Shown here: piece by piece, positions 17,871 through 26,957 of the stretch
Layout: each line of letters begins with the position of its first letter
Position numbering within the stretch: the stretch's first letter is position 1
NCBI GenBank assembly: GCA_937879955.1
Contig: CALFMK010000003.1
Span: 12,581-76,580 of the forward strand
From: an uncultured bacterium
GTDB taxonomy: Bacteria; Patescibacteriota; Minisyncoccia; Phycocordibacterales; Phycocordibacteraceae
DNA length: 64,000 bases
Reading direction: 5' to 3'
The notes under the pieces: generated by a model
The model's input: the letters and a program-made list of their open reading frames with translations, nothing else
Told to the model about the DNA's origin: nothing
Databases searched by the model: none
Made by a program: the position numbers and the translations under genes

Positions 17871-19073
17871 CTAAACGTGGGGAATAATGAACTCGACAGG
17901 GAGGTGGCCAAGCTTCTCCTTCAGGTAGTCTCCGAGATTCCAGGGGAGTATGAGCAGATGAGATATGCCTGGATCCATCTCGCGCTCGTCGAGTATCGGG
18001 ATATGGCTTCCGGGCGTATATTTCCCGATCTTGAAGGGCGAACTCTCGAGGACGCATTCGAGCGTATCCGCATCGATGCCGCAATAATTGAGAAGAGTAT
18101 TACCCTTTGTCGCGGCGCCGAGACCGGCTACGCGCTTCCCATCCTTCTTTAAGGAGGAAAGCGTGGCATTGAGCTCTGACTTAAGGTTTCGGGTCCGCTC
18201 CATGAATGCCTCATAGGTTTCGAGGCTTCGGAGGCCGAGGTCCTGCTCCTTCTTCAGGTATTCTTCGACAAGCGGCACGTTCTCGCGCGAAGGGTCACGT
18301 CCAAGTGCTACGAGTATAGAGCCGCCCATATACGCGTTCGTCTCCAGGTGGTAGAAGAACCAGCCGCGCTTCTTTGCATAGGCAAGGAAGGGGGTGACGG
18401 CAAAGTAAGAGACGTGCTCAAGATATATCGTATCGAATGCGGTCTTCTCTACAAGCTCTGGAACGTACGGTACCTCAATGAAGAGTGTCCCGTCTTTGCG
18501 TAAGAGCGAGTCTAGTGCATCGAAGAAGCCATTCACGTCCTCTATGTGATTGAAGACGTTCGTCATGACGACCGTCTTTGCCTCGCCGTGCCTCTTGAGA
18601 ATCTCATCCACTGCATCCTTCCCGAAGAAATCCACGATCGTCTCTATGCCACGCTCGTTTCCGATTTTTCCCAAGGCTGAAGGCTCTATACCGACGGTAC
18701 GTATGTCGACCTCTTTCAGGTTCTGGAGCAGGGTACCCACATTACTCCCTATGTCGACTGCGATGTCTCCAGAGGAAAGCGAAGCTATCTCTCGCATCTT
18801 TACAGCGAGCTCCTCGAAATGGCGTACTGCTACGGGAGAATTAGACGAATCGTAGCTGTATGCGTGCTTCTGATAACGATCAGCGGCAGATACCACGTAC
18901 TCGCTCTGAAGCGCGCCGCATCCGTCGCATAGGGCGACGCGCAGCGGGTATCGTGTCTCGGGTTCTGATAGGTCTGTCTGTGTTAGGAATGTATCGGCGA
19001 GTGGGTGGTACCCGAGATCTATGACCGTGTTGAGGTCTTTCGAGTCACAGAGGTGGCAGTGGTCGATGTTCAT
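17871..19073 (-). CDS. SAM-dependent sugar C-methyltransferase (TylCIII/NovU-like, N-terminal Zn-ribbon)
   Basis: 400 aa; N-terminal CHLC...CDGCG Cys pairs, then methyltransferase DIGSNVGTLL and a C-methyltransferase C-terminal region. Confidence 0.6.
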   Translation of the reverse strand: MNIDHCHLCDSKDLNTVIDLGYHPLADTFLTQTDLSEPETRYPLRVALCDGCGALQSEYVVSAADRYQKHAYSYDSSNSPVAVRHFEELAVKMREIASLSSGDIAVDIGSNVGTLLQNLKEVDIRTVGIEPSALGKIGNERGIETIVDFFGKDAVDEILKRHGEAKTVVMTNVFNHIEDVNGFFDALDSLLRKDGTLFIEVPYVPELVEKTAFDTIYLEHVSYFAVTPFLAYAKKRGWFFYHLETNAYMGGSILVALGRDPSRENVPLVEEYLKKEQDLGLRSLETYEAFMERTRNLKSELNATLSSLKKDGKRVAGLGAATKGNTLLNYCGIDADTLECVLESSPFKIGKYTPGSHIPILDEREMDPGISHLLILPWNLGDYLKEKLGHLPVEFIIPHV

Positions 19074-20026
19074 GCGCGTGTCTTGTAATCAATAAATTGT
19101 GAGAAGCATTCCCGCGTGCCAGTCTTCGGCTTCCAGCCGAGCGTTGTGGCTATCGACGCGAGGCTAGGTATGCGCTTCTCTGAGTCTACTCCGGAAAAGG
19201 TGCCGCCGCTCCGTATGGCCGGAGTGTATCCAGGAGGAAGCACTCCTTTCTCATGGCCAAGCTCGAGCATAAGGTCCGCAAGCTCAAGGAGGTTCACGGG
19301 CTCATCGCCGCCAATATTGAAGGTCTGGTTATCTGTGCGTGTGTCTTCGACGTAGGCCGCGATGGCCTGCGCGACGTCTTCGACCCACGTAAAGCAGCGA
19401 ACTTGGGCGCCGTTTCCGTATATTTCAAGTTCAGGGACGTGTTCAACGAACAGGCGGCGGTAGAAGTCGACGAAGACATGACCGTCACTGTCATGAGGCT
19501 CGAGCGGGGAGACGACGTTGAATGGGCGCCAGATAGTATGGGGTATGCCATGCTGCTTGCTGAAAAGCCGTACTGCTCTCTCGCCGAACATCTTCGCAAG
19601 ACCATAGGATGAGACCGGCGGAGGGATGGACTCCGTCATGTCCTCCGTGAACGGGACAGACGTGGCGGTCTCGTATACGAGAGCGGAGGATAGGTAGATG
19701 AATTTGCGGACTGCCCTCGATTCTCTCAGCACATTCTGGAGTATGCTCACGTCGTTATCGAAGAGGTCAGATGCCGCGTCACGAAAGCCCGACGCAGAAT
19801 ATCGCTGGGCAGCGAGGTGCAGGACGAACTGAGGCCGTGTCTTCTGGAACAAGTCGTGGACAAACCTTGGATCCTTCAAGTCGCCCACGTACAGATCGGC
19901 CTCTGTCGGCCGCTGTGAGTGACTGACACGGATAATGCGGGTGCCGGGAATGGTCTCCCGTAGGCTCCTGCATACGTACGTACCTATATTTCCTTCGCTT
20001 CCAGTGACAAGTATCGTCGGCGCCAT
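19070..20026 (-). CDS. NAD-dependent epimerase/dehydratase (extended SDR)
   Basis: ILVTGSEGNIGTYV Rossmann motif, YGLAK (YxxxK). Confidence 0.7.
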   Translation of the reverse strand: MAPTILVTGSEGNIGTYVCRSLRETIPGTRIIRVSHSQRPTEADLYVGDLKDPRFVHDLFQKTRPQFVLHLAAQRYSASGFRDAASDLFDNDVSILQNVLRESRAVRKFIYLSSALVYETATSVPFTEDMTESIPPPVSSYGLAKMFGERAVRLFSKQHGIPHTIWRPFNVVSPLEPHDSDGHVFVDFYRRLFVEHVPELEIYGNGAQVRCFTWVEDVAQAIAAYVEDTRTDNQTFNIGGDEPVNLLELADLMLELGHEKGVLPPGYTPAIRSGGTFSGVDSEKRIPSLASIATTLGWKPKTGTRECFSQFIDYKTRA

Positions 20027-20043
20027 GGTCAGGATGGTTGCCG

Positions 20044-20847
20044 CTACCGAAGTCGCATGCCGTCAAACACGGTCGTCTTGAAATTCTCATTCTCTGACAC
20101 TATAGTCTCGAACAACTTAAGGTTTCCTAGGCCGAGTTGCTTCGCATAGGTCGCGAACGCCTTCGTGTCCTTCGGGAGACATACGCCGCCAAAACCCCTG
20201 AAGTTCTCGTTGCAGTCGAGATACGCATCAGGAATGTTGTCCCGTTTGACCACGGTGTCTTTCACCTTGGCATAATCTGCGCCCGCTGCCTTGCAGACTT
20301 CGTAGAACTCGTTCGCGAATATCACGCGCATCGCGTTGAAAACGTTCGAGAAGTACTTCACGAACTCTGCTTCAAGCGGCGTGATCCGAGAAAATGACCT
20401 CGGTATTGATCCGTGAGCGGCCTCTATAATCGCGTAGTCTTCGTCTGTGTACGCACCGATGGCGCACACATCCTGGTTCTCGAAGAAATCAGTAAACGCA
20501 GCTCGTTCCCGAAGGAATTCAGGGCAGAATGAGAGGCGCAGATTCGGATGTCTCGCGGCGAGTCTGTCCGTGAGTCCCGGAGTTACTGTCGACTTAATCG
20601 TGGTGACGCCGCGATATCCGAGGTCGGCGAGCTCCTTCACAACACCCTCAACAACGCTCGTATCGCAGATTCCTTCATCGTCTGTCTTCGTTGGCACACA
20701 AATGAAGCAAACTTCCGTATCGAGCACGCGTTCGATCGAGCTTCCCTCGAGCTTCGTATCATGCCCGATAACCTCATGTCCTATGCGAGAGAGGCCGTGG
20801 TGGACCGCTTCTCCGACGACGCCGAGCCCTACGATGCCAATTTTCAT
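20044..20847 (-). CDS. UDP-glucose/GDP-mannose dehydrogenase family protein, apparently lacking the C-terminal UDP-binding domain (possible truncation)
   Basis: 267 aa; MKIGIVGLGVVG NAD-binding motif, FCPEFLRE, catalytic-Cys motif GGVCLPKD; ends ~100-150 aa earlier than typical Ugd. Confidence 0.55.
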   Translation of the reverse strand: MKIGIVGLGVVGEAVHHGLSRIGHEVIGHDTKLEGSSIERVLDTEVCFICVPTKTDDEGICDTSVVEGVVKELADLGYRGVTTIKSTVTPGLTDRLAARHPNLRLSFCPEFLRERAAFTDFFENQDVCAIGAYTDEDYAIIEAAHGSIPRSFSRITPLEAEFVKYFSNVFNAMRVIFANEFYEVCKAAGADYAKVKDTVVKRDNIPDAYLDCNENFRGFGGVCLPKDTKAFATYAKQLGLGNLKLFETIVSENENFKTTVFDGMRLR

Positions 20848-20873
20848 ACGTGAAGCCTAGCAACCTCCTGATG

Positions 20874-22136
20874 CTAGGTCAAAGAGCCGCTTCCGGGCTC
20901 CCTTGCAGAGATGAGTACCGTTGGGATGACGACTATGAGAAAGAGGATACCTGCGAGTATGCGGCCTGCGATTAGGCCCCAGAGCCCCCAAATCATGATG
21001 CCAATGGTCTGGAATACGAGATTTGCCACCGGTGTCACCGTACTTGCTATATAGAGACCCTTGATTCTCCGGTGTGCCAGGAGCACAGCTCCGACGAAGT
21101 TCCCGGCGGCCATGAGAAGCGTGAGAGAGAATACCTGCGTATATGGAATCACGTCGACATACTGGGGGTATATCCACGCGAAGATGTAGGGAACGAACAC
21201 GATGTACGCGAATATCGTTCCTGCGATAGGGAAGAGCATGACGAGCGCCTTTCGCATGATGGTCGAGCGAAGCCGTTCGATCGGTTGCTCTGCGAAGCGG
21301 GGAAGCACGGCGTTCGTAATATTCTTGAATATGCCGCCTATCCGGTCCGGGATGAGCGTGGCCATGCTGTATGCAGCAAGCTGGACCGGGCCGAGGAAAT
21401 GGAATATCAGGAAATTATCAATCTGAAGCGATATGGCGCCGATGAGGTTCATGATGCTGAGGTGCTTCGAGTAGGAGAGAACCTCGGGATCAATTTCCCC
21501 TATCTTGAGTTTGAAGGTACGGATGGTGACTATATATAAGACGAGAGGGCTGAGTGCTGTAATGGCGAGATTCACTGCGACAAGCGGTACGACCGAGGGT
21601 GCGAACATGACCGTCAGCAGCATCAGGGCGTAGTAGGCGATGTTACCTGCGCTTGAGAAGAAGAAGTGGGTCCTGAATGCCTTCTTCCCGATGAGGAACG
21701 AGGCGTAGCTGTTGAATGTCGTGACGATTGGGAGCGCGATCGCTATGCATATGCCGCCAATACCGAGCCTGAGGTCTCCGTTGATCAGGTAGTAGGCACT
21801 CATCGAGAATGCGATCAGGGACGAGAGTGAGCTCCAGGCAAGCTGCGGTCGTATAGAGGCCCGTAGTACGGTTTCGTCACCTTGGGCCACTGCGCGTGTA
21901 ATCGCCGAGTTCATGCCGGTGAGCGTGAAGGCGGTGAGTATGGAGAACACGGAGAGCAGGTACTGATACGTTCCGAAGGTCTCCTTCGGAAGGAGGTTTG
22001 CGAACGCTATAGATATGAGGAAGGATCCCAGTATGGTCACGGCTGATCCGAGATTGAGCCAGAAACCGCTGCTAAGCGCGTACCGTATGTCGAGCCGGAG
22101 TACACGTTCGGCCTTATTGAGAAGGGAATGCTTCAT
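20874..22136 (-). CDS. Wzx-like oligosaccharide flippase / polysaccharide biosynthesis protein (MOP superfamily)
   Basis: 420 aa, ~12 hydrophobic segments, typical Wzx architecture. Confidence 0.65.
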   Translation of the reverse strand: MKHSLLNKAERVLRLDIRYALSSGFWLNLGSAVTILGSFLISIAFANLLPKETFGTYQYLLSVFSILTAFTLTGMNSAITRAVAQGDETVLRASIRPQLAWSSLSSLIAFSMSAYYLINGDLRLGIGGICIAIALPIVTTFNSYASFLIGKKAFRTHFFFSSAGNIAYYALMLLTVMFAPSVVPLVAVNLAITALSPLVLYIVTIRTFKLKIGEIDPEVLSYSKHLSIMNLIGAISLQIDNFLIFHFLGPVQLAAYSMATLIPDRIGGIFKNITNAVLPRFAEQPIERLRSTIMRKALVMLFPIAGTIFAYIVFVPYIFAWIYPQYVDVIPYTQVFSLTLLMAAGNFVGAVLLAHRRIKGLYIASTVTPVANLVFQTIGIMIWGLWGLIAGRILAGILFLIVVIPTVLISAREPGSGSLT

Positions 22137-22253
22137 GGGGTGCCTGCAGGGTTTATCCTAGCAGGTGATACGTCCTATAACTGGCATGCGGCCAGGGAAG
22201 TTCCTATTCGATACGATGACATTCCCTCCGTATTCCAGTACTCTGATGGCACC

Positions 22254-23252
22254 ATGAGCAAGAAAGCACTTATAACGGGAGCGGCGGGTTCGGTTGGTTG
22301 CTACCTGGCGCAGAACCTCCTCGCGCAGGAGTACGAGCTGATGCTCGTCGACAATCTGCAGCGCGGGACGGTCGACGCGGCATTCGCGAAGGTGCTCGAG
22401 GATACACGCGTCACGTGGAAGACACTCGACCTCACTGACCAGCGCGCGTATGCGGAGCTCGGGAGCGGATACGACCACGTCTACCATCTTGCTGCAGTGA
22501 ATGGCACGAAGCTTTTCTATGAGATACCGCACGAGGTTCTGCGGATAAACACGCTGTCACTCATCTACATGCTCGAGTGGTTCAAGGACCATAATAAGGA
22601 AGGGAAGTTCTGCTTCACCTCCTCGAACGAGGCGTATGCGAGCGCGCTCGACGCATTCGGCCAGCTGCCGATACCGACTCCCGAGGATGTGCCGCTCGTG
22701 ATCGACGATCCGTACAACGCGCGCTGGTCGTACGCGGGATCGAAGCTCATCGGCGAGCTCTTCGTAATCCACTATGCGCAACAGTACGGTCTGCGCGCGG
22801 TCGTGGTGCGTCCGCATAATTTCTACGGACCGCGCTCCGGATACGATCATGTCATACCAGAGATGATACGGCGCATCCTCGATCGCGAGGATCCGTTCGT
22901 GATCTATGGTGCGGACCAGACGCGTACCTTCTGCCATCTCGCGGATGCGACCGAAGCCATGCGCCTCCTCATGGAATCGACAAAGACCGATTCGCTCCCG
23001 ATCGAGACCGTCCACATCGGTGCAAGTGACGAGATAACCATGCAGGCGCTTGCCGAGCGGCTCTTCGCAATCGGCGAATGGACGCCGGGGTCCATCGATC
23101 TTAAATCAGCGCCCGAAGGGAGCGTGAAGCGCCGTCTGGCCGATATCAGCAAGATACGTGAGCTCATCGGCTGGGAGCCAAAGATTTCCCTGGACGAAGG
23201 CCTTAGGGAGACATTCCGGTGGTACTCGGATAATCCGAAACGGAAATCCTAA
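22254..23252 (+). CDS. NAD-dependent epimerase/dehydratase (extended SDR)
   Basis: Start reassigned to MSKKALITGAAGSVGCYL at 22254; YAGSK motif. Confidence 0.7.
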   Translation: MSKKALITGAAGSVGCYLAQNLLAQEYELMLVDNLQRGTVDAAFAKVLEDTRVTWKTLDLTDQRAYAELGSGYDHVYHLAAVNGTKLFYEIPHEVLRINTLSLIYMLEWFKDHNKEGKFCFTSSNEAYASALDAFGQLPIPTPEDVPLVIDDPYNARWSYAGSKLIGELFVIHYAQQYGLRAVVVRPHNFYGPRSGYDHVIPEMIRRILDREDPFVIYGADQTRTFCHLADATEAMRLLMESTKTDSLPIETVHIGASDEITMQALAERLFAIGEWTPGSIDLKSAPEGSVKRRLADISKIRELIGWEPKISLDEGLRETFRWYSDNPKRKS

Positions 23253-23270
23253 GAAAGACGGGAAGGGTAG

Positions 23271-23276
23271 TATACT
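23271..23276 (+). promoter_or_regulatory. -10-like TATACT 9 nt upstream of the ATG at 23286
   Basis: gtagTATACTggcggcattATG. Confidence 0.4.
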
Positions 23277-23285
23277 GGCGGCATT

Positions 23286-25466
23286 ATGAAACAAACCGCC
23301 CGCTGGGTCGCCATCGTCGCCCTGTTCGCCATCCCGTTCCTTCCTTTATACGTATCGAACGAGCTCTTCTTCCCGTTCATAACCGGGAAGAACTTCGCGT
23401 TCCGCATCCTCGTGGAAATCGCGCTCGGCGCGTGGGTGCTGCTCGCGCTCATGGACCGCAAGTACCGTCCTCGCTTCTCCTGGACGCTCGTGCTGTTCGG
23501 GATGCTCACGGCATGGATGGCAGTGGCGGACGCGCTCGGGGTGCACCCGCACAAGGCGTTCTGGAGCAACTTCGAGCGCATGGACGGCTGGGTGATGCTC
23601 ATCCATGTGTTCGCGTTCTTCCTGGTCGCCGGTTCCGTGCTTGCGGTCGAGAAGCTCTGGCGGCACTGGTGGATATTCTTCCTGTCGGTAGCGGCGGTCG
23701 TGTGTATGTACGGACTCCTGCAGGTGTCTGGCAGCGCTGACATACACCAGGGAGGCGTTCGCGTGGACGCGTCCTTCGGCAATGCGATCTACATGGCGGT
23801 GTATTTGATGTTCTCGATACTGGTCGCTGGATGGCTCGCGGTGACGTCGAGGAGGGCTTGGGTGCGCTGGCTCCTCGCAGGTTCCGCAGCGCTCTCTCTC
23901 GGTATCCTCCTCTTCACGGCGTCGCGCGGTCCGGTCATCGGGCTCGCTGCAGGTATCGCATCCGCTTCCGTGCTCTGGCTCATGCTCGCGCTCCGTGATC
24001 GCAATGAGAAGAACGTCCTCGGGCTCCGTATAGCGGCCGGAGGCCTCATCGCACTCATCCTGGCCGTAGGAGGATTCTTCCTCATCCGGGATTCCGCGTT
24101 CGTGCAGGGAACGCCGGTGCTCCAGCGCCTCTCGAGCGTCTTCTCGCTGAGCGAGGAGCTCAAGGTCCGCTCCACGATCTGGGGCATGGCGCTCGAAGGC
24201 GTGAAGGAGGATCCGCTCACGGGCTGGGGCCAGGAAGGATTCAATCAGGTGTTCAACAAGTACTACGAGCCGTCGCTTTATGCGCAGGAATCGTGGTTCG
24301 ACCGCGCCCATAACATGTACATCGACTGGATGGTTGCAGGCGGCATACCGGCGTTCCTGCTCTTCGTGGCGATGCTTGCGCTCGGATTCTTCGGCCTCCT
24401 GCGCGCCCCTGGATACACGAGAGCGGAACGCGTCATCCTCGTCGGCGCGCTCGTCGCGTACGCCGTGCAGGCGCTCGTGGTGTTCGACAACCTCTTCAGC
24501 TACGTGCCGTTCGTGCTCCTGCTCGCCATGGCGCATGGCGCAGGCGCCCGTCCGATACAGAAGCTCGAGAGACTGCCCGAGCTCAGGTCCGAGAACAATA
24601 CGATGCTGGCCGCTTCCGGCGTCGCCGTCGTGACGATCGTCACGGTCTGGATGGTGAACGTCCCGAACATGATGGCAGCAAGCCACCTTGTCTATGCCAT
24701 CTCGCCGACGCCGAAGGGCGTGGAGCAGAATCTGAAGCTCTTCGAGAAGGCGCTTTCAGACGGTTCCTTCGGCAGTCAGGAGATCCGCGAGCAGCTCGTA
24801 TCCTTCGCGTCGCGCGTCGTATCGGAAGACAGCATCCCTGACGTGACTAAGCGTATATTCGCGACCTACGCGATCGACGAGATGGGCAAGGAGGTTGCGG
24901 AGTCGCCTAACGACGCGCGGCTCCGCATGCAGTACGCGGGCGCGTTCGATGCGGTGGGGGACAGCGAACGCTCCCTCGAGCAGATAGATGCAGCCCTGGC
25001 CCTCTCACCGAAGAAGCAGGCGATCATCCTGAACCGCGGCTTCAAGCTCTACGAGCTCAAGCGTCCAGAAGAGGCGCGTGCCGCGTTCCGCGAAGCATAC
25101 GATCTTGACCCTTCGTTCGACCAGGTCGCGGCTGCTGCGGCATCCGGCTACATCCTGACAGGCGACGTTGCGGGCGGAAAGGCGCTCCTCATCGAGGCCG
25201 TCGGCACTACGACGCCCGCGAGCGACTCGCTCTTCTACGCGTACTACCAGACGAAGCAGTGGCGCGAGCTCGTCGGCGTCGCACAGGCGCAGGTGCTCGC
25301 CGACAACGGCTCCTCGAAGTCGCGCTTCCGTCTCGCACAGGCGTACGCGGCGTCGCGACGCTTCGACGAGGCGCGCGCGGAGATACTCGCAACAATCAGC
25401 GCGCACCCTGACGCGCGCAAGGAGGGCGAAGCGCTCTTGGCGCAGATCTTCACGCCTGCTCAATGA
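23286..25466 (+). CDS. O-antigen ligase (Wzy_C)-family polytopic membrane protein fused to C-terminal TPR repeats
   Basis: 726 aa; ~11 TM segments incl. LLFTASRGPVIGLAAG (Wzy_C-like); C-terminal ~250 aa with TPR-like A/Y/L periodicity. Confidence 0.6.
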   Translation: MKQTARWVAIVALFAIPFLPLYVSNELFFPFITGKNFAFRILVEIALGAWVLLALMDRKYRPRFSWTLVLFGMLTAWMAVADALGVHPHKAFWSNFERMDGWVMLIHVFAFFLVAGSVLAVEKLWRHWWIFFLSVAAVVCMYGLLQVSGSADIHQGGVRVDASFGNAIYMAVYLMFSILVAGWLAVTSRRAWVRWLLAGSAALSLGILLFTASRGPVIGLAAGIASASVLWLMLALRDRNEKNVLGLRIAAGGLIALILAVGGFFLIRDSAFVQGTPVLQRLSSVFSLSEELKVRSTIWGMALEGVKEDPLTGWGQEGFNQVFNKYYEPSLYAQESWFDRAHNMYIDWMVAGGIPAFLLFVAMLALGFFGLLRAPGYTRAERVILVGALVAYAVQALVVFDNLFSYVPFVLLLAMAHGAGARPIQKLERLPELRSENNTMLAASGVAVVTIVTVWMVNVPNMMAASHLVYAISPTPKGVEQNLKLFEKALSDGSFGSQEIREQLVSFASRVVSEDSIPDVTKRIFATYAIDEMGKEVAESPNDARLRMQYAGAFDAVGDSERSLEQIDAALALSPKKQAIILNRGFKLYELKRPEEARAAFREAYDLDPSFDQVAAAAASGYILTGDVAGGKALLIEAVGTTTPASDSLFYAYYQTKQWRELVGVAQAQVLADNGSSKSRFRLAQAYAASRRFDEARAEILATISAHPDARKEGEALLAQIFTPAQ

Positions 25467-26473
25467 TCCTGATGGAGAACGTGCTGCTATCAGGCCTGAC
25501 GACGCTGCGCGTCGGCGGGCCTGTACGCTATCTCGCTGCATGCGGGAGCGAGAGCGATGTTGTCGAGGCCGTGGCGTTCGCACGAGAGCATGCGCTTGCG
25601 TATCTCGTCCTTGGCGAAGGAAGCAATGTACTCGCTTCGGATGCAGGGTTTGAGGGCGTGGTCATCAGTATGCGCATGCCCGGCATCGAGACGAGCGAGG
25701 AGGGGAATGACGTAATCCTGAAGACAGGTGCAGGTGTGCGCTGGGACGATCTCGTGCGGTACGCGGCAGAGCGCTCTCTCTGGGGCATCGAGAATCTCGC
25801 GGGCATACCGGGCACGGTGGGCGCCGCTCCGGTACAGAACATCGGCGCGTACGGCATGGAGGTGAAGGATACGATTTCCGAAGTCCGGGTGCTCGATACG
25901 AAGACCGGAGAGATCCGCCTGTTCTCGAACCAGGACTGCGCGTTCGGGTACCGCGACAGCCGGTTCAAGCGGGAAGAGGGGCTCATAATCCTTAGTGTTT
26001 CGTTCCGATTAAAGAGAGATGGTACGCCGTCGCTCGGATACAAGGATTTACAGGCGCTCATCGACGCAGGAGAGGACCTCTCTACGCCGACTGCGATCGG
26101 CGAGGCCGTACGCGCCGTACGCGCGCGCAAGTTCCCGGACCTGGCGGTGTACGGGACCGCCGGTTCCTTCTTCAAGAACCCGACGGTATCCGAAGCTGCG
26201 TACGCGGAACTCGTCAAGCGGTACGAAGGAATCCCGGGATTCCCGAACGATGAAGGCGTGAAGGTGCCGCTCGCGTTCGTGCTCGACAAGGTGCTCGGGC
26301 TTCGCGGGCATCGTGTCGGGAACGTATCGCTCTTCGAGGCGCAGCCGCTCGTGCTCGTCGCGTATGACGGCGCGACCGCGGATGAGATCGATGCGTTCGC
26401 GGATGATATCGCGAAGCGCGTCTACGCAGCGACAGGCATTATGATCGAACGGGAAGTGCGAACGTTCGGATAA
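25463..26473 (+). CDS. murB: UDP-N-acetylenolpyruvoylglucosamine reductase MurB
   Basis: 336 aa; FAD-binding LTTLRVGGPVRYL, GEGSNVL, GIPGTVGAAPVQNIGAYG typical of MurB. Confidence 0.85.
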   Translation: MILMENVLLSGLTTLRVGGPVRYLAACGSESDVVEAVAFAREHALAYLVLGEGSNVLASDAGFEGVVISMRMPGIETSEEGNDVILKTGAGVRWDDLVRYAAERSLWGIENLAGIPGTVGAAPVQNIGAYGMEVKDTISEVRVLDTKTGEIRLFSNQDCAFGYRDSRFKREEGLIILSVSFRLKRDGTPSLGYKDLQALIDAGEDLSTPTAIGEAVRAVRARKFPDLAVYGTAGSFFKNPTVSEAAYAELVKRYEGIPGFPNDEGVKVPLAFVLDKVLGLRGHRVGNVSLFEAQPLVLVAYDGATADEIDAFADDIAKRVYAATGIMIEREVRTFG

Positions 26474-26490
26474 ATTATTTTCACGGAGAA

Positions 26491-26525
26491 AAATATTCGC
26501 GAAGAAATTTTCTTCGCGAATATTT
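26491..26525. promoter_or_regulatory. Perfect inverted repeat (17-bp arms, 1-nt spacer) aaatattcgcgaagaaa-t-tttcttcgcgaatattt in a ~200-bp AT-rich intergenic region; candidate operator and/or murB terminator
   Basis: Palindrome verified base by base; sits between the murB stop (26473) and the histone-like gene (26681). Confidence 0.6.
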
Positions 26526-26680
26526 CTTTACACTTATCCACACATGAAATTTTTTTCACGCGTAAATATTTTTTTTAGTCGCATACTAATCGGTAGCACG
26601 CATGACAAAGAAATTTTTCGTAAGAAAAGATTCTTATCGTGCGGGTCGACAATACCAGTCATAGAAATTTTCACAGACCT

Positions 26681-26848
26681 ATGGCAGCAAAGAAGAAGAC
26701 CGTTAAGAAGGCAGCTAAGAAGACGGTAAAGAAGGCAGCACCAAAGAAGAAGGCTGCAAAGAAGACCGTTAAGAAGGCAGCTAAGAAGACGGTAAAGAAG
26801 GCAGCGAAGAAGGCCCCTGCAAAGCGCAAGGCCGCAAAGCGCAAGTAG
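26681..26848 (+). CDS. Lys/Ala-rich histone H1-like / HU-unrelated basic DNA-binding protein
   Basis: 55 aa MAAKKKTVKKAAKKTVKKAAPKKKAAKK... from the ATG at 26681; followed by a terminator. Confidence 0.6.
   Translation: MAAKKKTVKKAAKKTVKKAAPKKKAAKKTVKKAAKKTVKKAAKKAPAKRKAAKRK
26695..26826 (+). repeat. Tandem duplication (2 x ~66 bp) inside the histone-like gene
   Basis: gaagaccgttaagaaggcagctaagaagacggtaaagaaggcagc is present at 26695 and 26761. Confidence 0.8.
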
Positions 26849-26868
26849 TCTTCGGACTCATGCCTTGT

Positions 26869-26894
26869 AAAAGCCTCCCGTACGGGAGGCTTTT
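26869..26894 (+). terminator. Rho-independent terminator (aaaagcctcccg-ta-cgggaggctttt)
   Basis: Perfect stem plus T tail. Confidence 0.8.
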
Positions 26895-26957
26895 ACGTTG
26901 ATGCTGTCAGGGCGAGGCGTTATGCGGTATAGTGCCGATACCTATATATAGATACGT

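Noticed and set aside
23346-24686. 446-aa minus-strand ORF inside the O-antigen-ligase gene
   Set aside because: His/Arg/Glu-rich shadow frame; the plus-strand product has coherent TM topology.
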